NCBI GenBank assembly: GCA_049472355.1
Contig: JBLIRP010000072.1
Location: forward strand, 1 to 18,641
Source: a bacterium
GTDB lineage: Bacteria; SZUA-182; DTGQ01; JAFGSM01
Direction: 5' to 3'
Length of the DNA stretch: 18,641 nt
Positions 1-8,439 of this stretch are shown here, one piece after another. The translations under genes and the position numbers were made by a program. Each line of letters begins with the position of its first letter. Positions within the stretch are counted from its first letter, which is position 1. Below the pieces are notes generated by a model. It was given only the letters and a program-made list of their open reading frames with translations, had not been told where the DNA came from and made no database searches.

Positions 1-1
1 A

Positions 2-574
2 GAGGACCTGACGCAGATGGAACTCCACGTGGCGGTTGACGAGGCGGATGTGGGGCAGGTGAAAAAGGGGCAGGATGCAACCTTCACGGTGGATGCATAT
101 CCGGATAGGGAATTTCCGGCCAGGATCACCCAGGTGCGTTATGCATCCCAGACCGTCGAGGGTGTGGTTACCTATGAAACCGTTCTGAACGTGGATAACT
201 CGGACCTGTTGCTGCGGCCGGGCATGACCGCCACTGCGGACATCGTTGTCAAGAGGGTCAAGGACGCGGTCCTGGTTCCCAATGCAGCCCTGCGTTTTAC
301 CCCGCCGGTGCAGCAAAATAATACATCACCGGGAGGCAGGGGCCTGGTGGGTGTGCTTCTGCCCCGTCCTCCGCGGAGAAATTCTCAGGCAGCGCAGCGT
401 CAGGTCAAGACCGCGAACTCTCATAATCAGCGCGTCTGGGTGTTACAGGAGGGAAGGCCCACGGCCATTCCCGTCTCCACAGGCGCATCGGATGGTCAGA
501 TGACCGAGGTGGTGTCAGGGGAGGTCGAACCGGGACTCCCACTGATCGTGGATGTGATGGGGGCAGGCAAATGA
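2..574 (+). CDS. macA: MacA-type efflux periplasmic adaptor (membrane fusion protein), 5'-truncated by the window
   Basis: The frame is open from base 2 (EDLTQMELHVAVDEADVGQVKKGQDATFTVDAYPDREF...LLRPGMTATADI...VLVPNAALRF), typical of the beta-barrel and C-terminal part of MacA/HlyD adaptors. ATGA overlap with the next gene. Confidence 0.9.
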   Translation, partial: EDLTQMELHVAVDEADVGQVKKGQDATFTVDAYPDREFPARITQVRYASQTVEGVVTYETVLNVDNSDLLLRPGMTATADIVVKRVKDAVLVPNAALRFTPPVQQNNTSPGGRGLVGVLLPRPPRRNSQAAQRQVKTANSHNQRVWVLQEGRPTAIPVSTGASDGQMTEVVSGEVEPGLPLIVDVMGAGK

Positions 575-1308
575 AAACCGGCACCTCGAACCATAGGGAT
601 GATCCGCATGACATGCCCCTCATCGATTTCAGTGCGGTGGCCAAGGTCTACGGCAGGGGCCAGGCAGCCATAAAGGCCCTGAGAGGCATTGACCTTCGGA
701 TTGACAACGGCGATTTCGTTGCGGTGATGGGGCCCAGCGGGTCGGGGAAATCCACCTGCATGAACATTGTGGGGTGTCTGGATATACCCACCTCCGGTTC
801 GTATCGATTCAAGGGGGTGGAGGTTGGCGCGCTCACCCGTGATCAACGCGCCCTTTTGCGCCGCAACTATCTGGGATTCGTGTTTCAGGGATTCGATCTT
901 CTCAACCGCACATCGGCCCTTGAAAATGTGGAGTTGCCATTGATCTATCGTCATGTTCCTGCAGGGGAGCGGCACGCCCGCGCCCATAAGGCGCTCGAGG
1001 CGGTGGGCCTCAAGGGGTGGGAAACGCATACCCCGGGCGAGCTCTCCGGCGGCCAGCAGCAGCGGGTCGCCATTGCACGTGCCATGGTGACGGAGCCCGA
1101 TGTATTGCTGGCGGACGAGCCCACCGGCAATCTGGATACGGTTAGAAGCAGGGAGATCATGGACCTGCTTTCCTCCTTTAACCGCGAGCAGGGCATCACC
1201 ATTCTCATGGTGACCCATGAGCCGGATATGGCCGCCTATGCCAAACGAATCATCCGTTTCCTCGACGGCGCCATCGATGCCGAGGAGCGAAACGGGGGTG
1301 ATGCATAA
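571..1308 (+). CDS. ABC transporter ATP-binding protein, MacB/LolD family
   Basis: Walker [16 protein letters not shown]-loop, signature [14 protein letters not shown], Walker [13 protein letters not shown]-loop VTHE. An alternative start at 613 is possible. Confidence 0.95.
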   Translation: MKTGTSNHRDDPHDMPLIDFSAVAKVYGRGQAAIKALRGIDLRIDNGDFVAVMGPSGSGKSTCMNIVGCLDIPTSGSYRFKGVEVGALTRDQRALLRRNYLGFVFQGFDLLNRTSALENVELPLIYRHVPAGERHARAHKALEAVGLKGWETHTPGELSGGQQQRVAIARAMVTEPDVLLADEPTGNLDTVRSREIMDLLSSFNREQGITILMVTHEPDMAAYAKRIIRFLDGAIDAEERNGGDA

Positions 1309-2519
1309 TGGTATGGGATACCATCCTTCTCGCCCTGCGGGAGATCCGGCGCAATGTCATGCGCTCCTCCCTCACCATCCTGGGGATCGTCATCGGTGTT
1401 GCAGCGGTCATCACCATGGTAACCCTCGGGAAGGGGGCCACGCTGAAGGTCACCTCCGATATAACAAAGCTCGGCACGAATATGCTTCAGCTACGGCCCG
1501 GCCAGGGCTTCCGGGGACCGGGCGGCACACGGGCCGCTGCCAGCATGTTTGATGTAAAGGATGCAGAGGTGATTAAACGGGATATCTCGGGACTGGCAGC
1601 CGTAGCCCCAGCAGCCTCCGATCGTGTACAGGCCATTTATGGGAATGTAAACTGGTCAACATCGGTCACCGGGAGTGACAATGCCTTTCTGCAGGTGCGT
1701 AACTGGTCCCTCAAGGAAGGAAGGGAGTTCACGGGCAACGAGCTGCAAGGCGGGAAGACCGTCTGCATCCTGGGTTCCACGGTGCGCGACAATCTTTTCG
1801 CCTCACAGGACCCCCTCGGGTCCACGATCCGTCTGAAAAGGCTCTCCTGCCAGGTCATCGGCGTGCTCGAGTCCAAGGGGCAGTCCGGTTTTGGCTCGGA
1901 CCAGGACGACTTCGTGCTTATACCGCTGCGCACCTTTCAGCGGCGCATTGCAGGGAACGATGATGTGGAGGTCATTTATATCTCCGCCCAGGATGGCGTA
2001 TCTACGGAAAAGGTCCAGCAGGATGTCGAACGGCTGATGCGCGAGCGTCGCCATATTGCGCAGGGGAAGGATGACGATTTCAATGTCAGGGACATGAAGG
2101 AGCTGGTGAGCACCCTGACCGGCACCACAAAGCTGCTCACCGCCCTGCTTGCCGCAGTTGCGGCGGTAAGCCTGCTGGTCGGGGGGATCGGGATCATGAA
2201 CATCATGCTCGTATCCGTGACCGAAAGGACCAGGGAGATCGGGATCAGGCTGGCCATCGGCGCCAGGGAACGGGAGGTGCTGATGCAGTTCCTGGTGGAG
2301 GCCGTGGTGCTCTCATCCCTCGGCGGGCTTGCGGGGATCATCATCGGCCTTTCCGCATCCGCCATCGGGGCGCATTTTCTTCAGGTCCCCTTTGTGTTCA
2401 CCCTGGGGATCGTCCTCCTCGCCTTTCTCTTTTCAGGGGCGGTGGGTGTGCTGTTCGGCTTTTTCCCGGCCCGCCAGGCTGCGCGCCTCAACCCGATCGA
2501 CGCCCTTCGGCACGAGTAA
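1308..2519 (+). CDS. macB: MacB-like ABC transporter permease (MacB periplasmic core + FtsX domain)
   Basis: RSSLTILGIVIGVAAVI TM1, large periplasmic domain, SLLVGGIGIMNIMLVSVTERTREIGIRLAIGA, FGFFPARQAARLNPIDALRHE. TAATG coupling to the ATPase. Confidence 0.95.
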   Translation: MVWDTILLALREIRRNVMRSSLTILGIVIGVAAVITMVTLGKGATLKVTSDITKLGTNMLQLRPGQGFRGPGGTRAAASMFDVKDAEVIKRDISGLAAVAPAASDRVQAIYGNVNWSTSVTGSDNAFLQVRNWSLKEGREFTGNELQGGKTVCILGSTVRDNLFASQDPLGSTIRLKRLSCQVIGVLESKGQSGFGSDQDDFVLIPLRTFQRRIAGNDDVEVIYISAQDGVSTEKVQQDVERLMRERRHIAQGKDDDFNVRDMKELVSTLTGTTKLLTALLAAVAAVSLLVGGIGIMNIMLVSVTERTREIGIRLAIGAREREVLMQFLVEAVVLSSLGGLAGIIIGLSASAIGAHFLQVPFVFTLGIVLLAFLFSGAVGVLFGFFPARQAARLNPIDALRHE

Positions 2520-2629
2520 GCGAGAAAAAACGGGTGCCCCAGGCCACGTATTGCCTGCCTGAAACACCCGTCATAGGCCTTTTTAGAACCAGAATGAGAA
2601 TATGGTTGGCATGGTTTGGCTGGATTTGC

Positions 2630-3352
2630 CTAATCAAACGCCATGTGCGTCTTCCAGACCTCCCATACCTTTCCCACGAGATCAGGCCCTGGTTTCAGCG
2701 TCATCTTTCCGGGCTTCCATCCCGATGGTGTCGCCTCCGTGCCCTTGCTGTTTCTCACGTGCTGAAACGCCTGGATCTGCCGTATTGACTCACTGACGTT
2801 TCTTCCCACGGGAGGTGTAAGCACCTCGTATCCCTGCACCACCCCATCCGGGTCGATAATAAACCTTCCCCGTGTCTCCACGCCCGCATCCTCATCGTAT
2901 ATGCCGTAGATGGTTCCCACCTTGCCCCCTGCATCGGAGAGCATGGCAAAAGGCACGCCGCCGGACACCATCTTGGAAAGCTCGTTGTCGTTCCACATCT
3001 TATGCACGAAGATGCTGTCAACGCTCATCGACAATATTTCCACGCCGAGCTTTTGAAATTCGGGGTATTTTTCGGCAACTGCCGAAATCTCGGTAGCTCA
3101 GACAAAGGTGAAATCACCCGGGTAGAAACAGAGTATAACCCATTTCCCCAGGTACTCGGATAGCTTTACCTGGACGAATTTTCCCTTATGATAGGCCGGT
3201 GCGACAAAATCAGGTGCCTTTCTGCCCACTTTGATCATTGCGCGTGCCTCCTTTGCACTGGGTTTTTCTTCCTGCTGTGGTTGTTCCTTCTCCGGCTCGC
3301 CGACAGGACCGCCCGTCGGCCTGGCGCAGCCGACCTTCATTTCTTCAGGCAT
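2630..3352 (-). CDS. prxU: Selenocysteine-containing peroxiredoxin (AhpC/Prx1 family, PrxU type), 240 aa with UGA=Sec at 3098-3100
   Basis: ORFs 3098..3352 and 2630..3043 are in the same frame. Reading through gives [38 protein letters not shown], matching AhpC FYPxDFTFVCPTE with TGA at the peroxidatic Cys. [10 protein letters not shown] and VGRNVSE motifs follow. Shine-Dalgarno AAAGGAGG upstream; SECIS-like hairpin downstream of the TGA. Confidence 0.93.
3070..3087 (-). promoter_or_regulatory. Bacterial SECIS-like hairpin of prxU
   Basis: Minus strand reads TGA GCTACCGAGA TTTCGGC AGTT GCCGAAA: 10-nt spacer, perfect 7-bp stem, loop containing GT. Confidence 0.8.
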
Positions 3353-3624
3353 ATTCCCCTCCTTTCCAAAGGTTATAAAAAATATTATACACGAATATCA
3401 CACGGATATTAAATATTGCCTTATAGGGCGATGATAATACGTCATCAGATAACCTTGCACCTGTGATCAGGCAGGCTGACAGGTATAACCATCATTCATC
3501 CAAGCTCTGGCAAGACCAGCCCTCTCGTTCGAAGAGGAGAATATCAACCATATATAAGCAGTGAATGGATTACAGGGGCGATAGGAGCAATGGTGGTGAT
3601 ATGGGTAAAGAAAGGGGGGAAGGC

Positions 3625-4824
3625 TCACGATTCTCGCACGCATTGAAGGCGACGATGGAGCCTTTCATTCCTGTAGAGCGCCTCCCAGAAGGGAAGGACC
3701 TCGCCGTCATCGGAGAGGTGATCGATACAGAATAGCCTGCATTCCGCAAGGTCGATGTTGCCCGGCTTAGGCCAGAAAAATATCTCCACCCTGAGCATGA
3801 GCCTGGTCTCCCGTGGGCCGGGTGGCTCGATGCGGAGCTTCAGCGCATTCTTCATGCCGGCACGATGCAGGATGTGCAGCCAATAGCGAGTCCCGTGCCC
3901 TCTTGACGTGCCGTATCGCTTGCCCAATGCCTCCAGTACATCAATGACAAAATAGTTCCCCGTTTTAAAGATGCGGTTGCACGAGTCATTGGTTTCGCAC
4001 ATCTCCTGTATGGAGAGGCCGGTTGCCTTGGATACCAGTTTTATCATTTCAGAAAGATAGATATACGAGCCCTCATGATAGATGCCGATTTCAGAGACAT
4101 TGCGCAGCCGGATCTGGCGGATGAAATCCAGGTTCCGCATCCCGAATCTGTAAATATCCCCGAATTCTCCCTCATTGACGCCCTTTGCAAGGGTCATGGA
4201 AAGGATAGTCCATACCTTGAGATCCTTGAGGTTTCGAAGCGCCCTGCATTTCGCCTCCCTGAGGTCCTCACCGCAGAAGTGGCAATGGGTTTCCTTGCGG
4301 AACCCGTTCAGGGAAAGGATGACATAGTGCAGCCCTGCCTCCTTGAGGATTTCGAGATAGGCCCTGTCGGCGAGTTTTATCCCGTTCGTAAGGAGCACGC
4401 TGAACCTTTGCCGGTGATTCTTCCGCACATAGGCGATCAATTCGGGGAGGTCGTCCCGCACCGTGGGCTCACCTCCGGAGAAGACGATATATCGCTGCCT
4501 GCTCCTGTCGATGATTGCCTTGATCTCATTCCGGGATAATTCATTCTCCAGACCTTTGTCGGGCAAGTAGCACCACCTGCAGCGAAGATTGCAGCGGTGG
4601 GTGATGGGTATGACCAATCCGTAGGGGCTGTGCCTTCTCCTCCTTGCCGCAACACAGGAAAGGTAGAGCCGGGCATCAGGGTCAAGGGTATTGGTAAACC
4701 TGCCATGACTCCTGCAATCCTTTGCCATGACGACCTTTCCCCCCTCCACCACCACCTGTGCATCTATCTCCTCAAGGCAGAGCGGGCACAGACTCCTGGT
4801 GGGCTTTATGACCATACTGTCCAT
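3625..4824 (-). CDS. Radical SAM protein, divergent MJ0619/Tes (tetraether synthase, GDGT-MAS)-like
   Basis: N-terminal TRSLC13PLC16-x20-C37RSH40GRF rubredoxin-like motif typical of this family; CNLRCRWC radical SAM motif; FSGGEPT; LLTNG; C-terminal NIDLAECRLFCIDHLSDDGEVLPFW resembling the family CCIH..DG..IPFC tail. Confidence 0.75.
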   Translation of the reverse strand: MDSMVIKPTRSLCPLCLEEIDAQVVVEGGKVVMAKDCRSHGRFTNTLDPDARLYLSCVAARRRRHSPYGLVIPITHRCNLRCRWCYLPDKGLENELSRNEIKAIIDRSRQRYIVFSGGEPTVRDDLPELIAYVRKNHRQRFSVLLTNGIKLADRAYLEILKEAGLHYVILSLNGFRKETHCHFCGEDLREAKCRALRNLKDLKVWTILSMTLAKGVNEGEFGDIYRFGMRNLDFIRQIRLRNVSEIGIYHEGSYIYLSEMIKLVSKATGLSIQEMCETNDSCNRIFKTGNYFVIDVLEALGKRYGTSRGHGTRYWLHILHRAGMKNALKLRIEPPGPRETRLMLRVEIFFWPKPGNIDLAECRLFCIDHLSDDGEVLPFWEALYRNERLHRRLQCVRES

Positions 4825-4832
4825 TTATCCCT

Positions 4833-5264
4833 TTACCCCTTTTCCATCCCCGCTGCTTCAATCTTCCGGATAACGGCTATGATAACGGAGAGCACCAATC
4901 CCAATAATGTCCCTACGACAATGCCAAATAGTGCGCCAATGCCCAGGATGCCAAGCAATGTCCCGACACCCTCATGAAGGCCTTTCGTATGTAAAATTAT
5001 ATTCGGGATGTGAACGGTAGGCCCGGAGATCAATCCCGCCAATGTACCGTACAGGGTGCCCATGATCACCCTTATCAGGAATGATTCGCTCTTGATCTCC
5101 AGGGTATATTGGGCATAGTAATAACCCACGAGCATACCGCTCCCGATCCCTGTGATGATACCCGGAGTACCCCCAACTTGTCCCATGAACCCGCCCGCAA
5201 ATGCCGAGATAATCGTTACCGCTATCTCTATCGCTATCTTTACATACTTAAATCCGTCTTCCAT
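4833..5264 (-). CDS. Small Gly-rich integral membrane protein, unknown function
   Basis: 143 aa with about 4 hydrophobic segments carrying GxxxG repeats; SD AGGAGG upstream; tight operon spacing on both sides. Confidence 0.8.
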   Translation of the reverse strand: MEDGFKYVKIAIEIAVTIISAFAGGFMGQVGGTPGIITGIGSGMLVGYYYAQYTLEIKSESFLIRVIMGTLYGTLAGLISGPTVHIPNIILHTKGLHEGVGTLLGILGIGALFGIVVGTLLGLVLSVIIAVIRKIEAAGMEKG

Positions 5265-5282
5265 GCATCCTCCTGTTCCTCA

Positions 5283-6494
5283 TTATCCATCTCCGAAGCC
5301 GAGCTTTGTATAGAGCAGAGGCACCGGCCCCTTTTCCATGGAGTCGAGGAGTTGATCGATTACCTGCATATCCCTGACCGGGAGCCGGTCAATGCCCATC
5401 TCTCTCATGCGCCCTGCAACTGAGGAGATGATACAGCCTGAAAAGGGGCGGGGCAAATATCGGTTCATGCGAGCATATATGGTATTGAAGGATTCATTGC
5501 ACAGGTTGCCGAATGAGAACGGCGAGAAATCGCAGGGGCAGACCTCGCCCTGGGCGTTGACATAGACGTGAACCCTGCCTGCACTGCACCCATAATTCCC
5601 CTGTGCCGTGATGTGTGCAAAGGACATGATGGCAGGCAGGGATATATCCCTGTTTATCGCATACTGGATCTGCCTCATGCGATCCCGGTCTTCCTCCCCG
5701 AACATCTCCTCATCGCCGTACAGGAGCCTCCCGCAGGGCTTTGGCTCCAGTAGCCGGATCTCATGGATACCCAGCCCTGCAGCAAAGCGGACAAATTCAT
5801 CCATTTTCTCCGAATGGAGCATCTGTTTTGTCATGACGGTGGATACGGCGGTGTAGATACCTGCTGCCAGGGCATGCTCGATGGCGGCTATGGCATCATC
5901 GAAGGCGGATTCGCTTCGCCTCATCCGGTTGTGCTCCTGGCTGTCGAGGCTTATCACCATAATGGTGAGCCCCGCCTGTTCCAATGTGCGTGCCCGGGAC
6001 CGGTCAAGGCCATGGCCGCTGGTAAAAAGGATGGTATACGAGCGGTCATCCACCATGCGCAGCAGCGGCTCCAGGTCATCCCTCAGGAGCGGCTCCCCGC
6101 CCGTGAAGCCGATGCACGAGACGCCGGCATCCTGGATCTGCCGGATGATGCGGCATATCTCCTCTGCAGGCAATCCATCTGTCTGCTCCTTGCGTGCATT
6201 GCTGCAATACAAGCACCTGAGAGGGCACCGGTCCGTGACCGATATGTAGCAGGAAAAGGGGCTCATGATCCCCTTCGAAAGGTTGCGGAAGGATTCCAGG
6301 GCCGTTTTGTAACTGCGGGAGGGGAATGGGGTGTACATGGAATTGATGAAGACCCGGTTGTTGTGAAGGGTGAATTTTTCGTGCCGCATCTGCCGGATCA
6401 TGAAGCATATGAATCCCGGCGGGAGTTGCAGGAGCTTTCTGTTAACGCCCCTTGCCATGGAAAGATACTTCCTGATCCCGGTCATATGTCTCAT
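5283..6494 (-). CDS. Radical SAM protein with C-terminal SPASM/Twitch-like domain
   Basis: CPLRCLYC motif, FTGGEPLLR, GCSAGR...GEVCPCDF. The start is placed at ATG 6494 (GAAAGG 9 nt upstream) because the ORF-track start at 6539 lies inside the tandem repeat. Confidence 0.85.
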   Translation of the reverse strand: MRHMTGIRKYLSMARGVNRKLLQLPPGFICFMIRQMRHEKFTLHNNRVFINSMYTPFPSRSYKTALESFRNLSKGIMSPFSCYISVTDRCPLRCLYCSNARKEQTDGLPAEEICRIIRQIQDAGVSCIGFTGGEPLLRDDLEPLLRMVDDRSYTILFTSGHGLDRSRARTLEQAGLTIMVISLDSQEHNRMRRSESAFDDAIAAIEHALAAGIYTAVSTVMTKQMLHSEKMDEFVRFAAGLGIHEIRLLEPKPCGRLLYGDEEMFGEEDRDRMRQIQYAINRDISLPAIMSFAHITAQGNYGCSAGRVHVYVNAQGEVCPCDFSPFSFGNLCNESFNTIYARMNRYLPRPFSGCIISSVAGRMREMGIDRLPVRDMQVIDQLLDSMEKGPVPLLYTKLGFGDG

Positions 6495-6502
6495 ATGCAA
6501 AG

Positions 6503-6749
6503 GCCTTTCATCTGAAAATCCCCTCCGGGGCATTTTCATGCTTCCTTGTGAGCCGAAGTCTCATCTGCGTTTCACTTCTGCATTCTACATTCGACATTCG
6601 TAGTTTCATCAGGCTCATGTGCGTTTCATCTGAAAATCCCTATTGGGCATTTTCATGCTTCTTTGTGAGCCGAAGTCTCATCTGCGTTTCACTTCCACAT
6701 TCTACATTCGATATTCGCAGTTTCATCAGGCTCATGAGCCTTTCATCTG
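6503..6749. repeat. Tandem duplication of a ~117-118 bp structured element, bounded by a 12-bp direct repeat
   Basis: Unit 1 at 6506-6623 and unit 2 at 6624-6740 are nearly identical. GCCTTTCATCTG occurs at 6503-6514 and 6738-6749, with a 1-mismatch copy at 6621-6632. Confidence 0.9.
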
Positions 6750-7591
6750 CCCACCATGAGATCGATGAGCGAAGCAAGGGTTATCGCCCGTATGAAAAAG
6801 AGCACCCCGTGCGAAAACAGCCTGTCTGAAAAAAAGAGGCTCACGACGAAAACCGGCAGCGTGATCACAAAACCGATGAGGTACACCATGCCGCACATAC
6901 CCAGGCAGAAGGGTGCACATGCAATGGGGATGGAGACGAGTGCGAGGATGGTCGCAAGCCTCCTCGTCTCTATGATCCCGATGAGGGAGGGGAGCGTATT
7001 GCCGCCCCCTGACCTGTCTCCGTGTATGTCCAGTATATCCTGTGAAAGCTCATACGACATGACCATAAGGAAGAGCCAGATGGGGAAGATGAAGAGGGAG
7101 TCGCGCCTCGGGGAGGGAGTGCCTCCTGATGTCAGGGCAAAGGAGAGGGGATAGATGGACACGACGAGCAGGGACACGAGTATGTCCTTAATATAGGCGA
7201 GCCTTTTTGAGTATAGGTTATAAAAGTACACTGCCAGGGTATCGAGCATGATCAATCCAAAAAACCATGCATTCACAATAGCCGCTATTAAGAGGCCCAT
7301 GAGGAAAAGCATACGGTACATCCACTGGGCGCCCCTTTTCGAGATAGCGGAGTTTATGAGGACGCGCCGGGGGTTGTTGATGATATCGTACCCCAGGTCG
7401 CAGCAGTCATTCATCATGTATCCCGCACAGATCAACAGGAAAAGGGATGCGATGCCGAGCGCGATAGTGAGGCTGACCGCACTATCCCTCAGCACGTCAA
7501 AAGAGCCATAGGCATAGAGAGAGATGGTGAAGACTCCAAGCAGGATGGAGAAGGCCTTCCCAAGCCTGAATACCTTGAGTATACGGAACAT
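6743..7591 (-). CDS. UbiA-superfamily prenyltransferase, DGGGP synthase (geranylgeranylglyceryl-phosphate geranylgeranyltransferase)-like
   Basis: AGYMMNDCCDLGYDIINNPRRVL (NDxxDxxxD) and YELSQDILDIHGDRSGGGNTLP (second Asp-rich motif, DGGGPS-like); about 8 TM helices. Confidence 0.85.
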   Translation of the reverse strand: MFRILKVFRLGKAFSILLGVFTISLYAYGSFDVLRDSAVSLTIALGIASLFLLICAGYMMNDCCDLGYDIINNPRRVLINSAISKRGAQWMYRMLFLMGLLIAAIVNAWFFGLIMLDTLAVYFYNLYSKRLAYIKDILVSLLVVSIYPLSFALTSGGTPSPRRDSLFIFPIWLFLMVMSYELSQDILDIHGDRSGGGNTLPSLIGIIETRRLATILALVSIPIACAPFCLGMCGMVYLIGFVITLPVFVVSLFFSDRLFSHGVLFFIRAITLASLIDLMVGR

Positions 7592-7609
7592 TATGCTGGT
7601 GCTGCCGGT

Positions 7610-8398
7610 TTACCTGCTCACCATGCACCGGTCCCTGATGGCCTTGTAGCTATTTATGATCTCCATTTTTTCGCCCTTGGACCGGGCAGCCTTCAGGTCC
7701 CGCATGACGAGTTTATACATGGCGATGGCATCCTTGGCCGTCAATGCCATCTGCCGATCGGGGATACCTTCGAGGCCCTGAAAAACGAGCCACTGATTGC
7801 TCGCACGGACGACCGAGAGTGCGTTGTTCACCACCCTTCCCCTGAAGGTGTAATTGTTTTCGTTGAGGAGCCTGACGTGCATGAGCCCATCGAGGTCCAT
7901 GTATTTTCGTATCCATCTACTCTGCACCTCGGGTATCCGGTAGGATGCCTCCCATGCAGGTTTGAAAAGGGCATTCACGATGAGGAATTCCTCCCGCGTA
8001 TCGACGGTGCCATCCTCGAAGAAGTACTTGGCATTCATGATGCCTTCGTCGGAAAGAGGGATGACCAGGGTCGGTTCCTTGCTTGTATCAAGGCCCCTCT
8101 CAACCACGAGTTCATCCCCCTTGAAGAAAATGGTGAATCCCAGATCCTGATGCTCCTCTGCAATGATATAAGCCACATCGAACATGTCTCTCGCATAGTC
8201 GACCGCAGCCTCAATGGCCGCAGCCTCCCCGAGGGTTTTTTCAAGTACAAGCTCCTCCGATGAGAGGTTATCCACCCTCCCCCGCGCATACATGCGACTG
8301 AAATCCACCCTCTTTTCCTTCGCCCATGGTTTACATCCGGATACGACCAGGAATATGCAGACCAGAAAACATAATGCCTTCACGCCATATCCCCTCAT
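7610..8398 (-). CDS. Lipoprotein of unknown function, possibly with SCP2-like lipid-binding folds
   Basis: Signal peptide MRGYGVKALCFLVCIFLVVSG-C (lipobox, Cys22); SD GGGAGG; two segments resembling SCP2 beta-strand/G..P motifs. Confidence 0.7.
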   Translation of the reverse strand: MRGYGVKALCFLVCIFLVVSGCKPWAKEKRVDFSRMYARGRVDNLSSEELVLEKTLGEAAAIEAAVDYARDMFDVAYIIAEEHQDLGFTIFFKGDELVVERGLDTSKEPTLVIPLSDEGIMNAKYFFEDGTVDTREEFLIVNALFKPAWEASYRIPEVQSRWIRKYMDLDGLMHVRLLNENNYTFRGRVVNNALSVVRASNQWLVFQGLEGIPDRQMALTAKDAIAMYKLVMRDLKAARSKGEKMEIINSYKAIRDRCMVSR

Positions 8399-8439
8399 GG
8401 CAACCTCCCGTGTTTGTGGTTCAATGCATGCCCTTATCC

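Noticed and set aside
2630..3043. Separate 137-aa and 84-aa peroxiredoxin fragments
   Set aside because: They join in frame across a TGA at the peroxidatic residue, giving one selenoprotein.
6495..6539. N-terminal 15 aa of ORF 5283..6539
   Set aside because: Encoded largely by the inserted repeat; ATG 6494 has a plausible SD.
6728..6745. Sec read-through at the ubiA-like TGA (palindrome AGGCTCATGAGCCT follows it)
   Set aside because: The palindrome starts 1 nt after the TGA with no loop or proper spacing, the protein is already complete, and the sequence belongs to the repeat junction.
6503..6749. CRISPR array
   Set aside because: The long units are near-identical rather than unique spacers, the period (~118 bp) is too long, and no cas genes are in the window.
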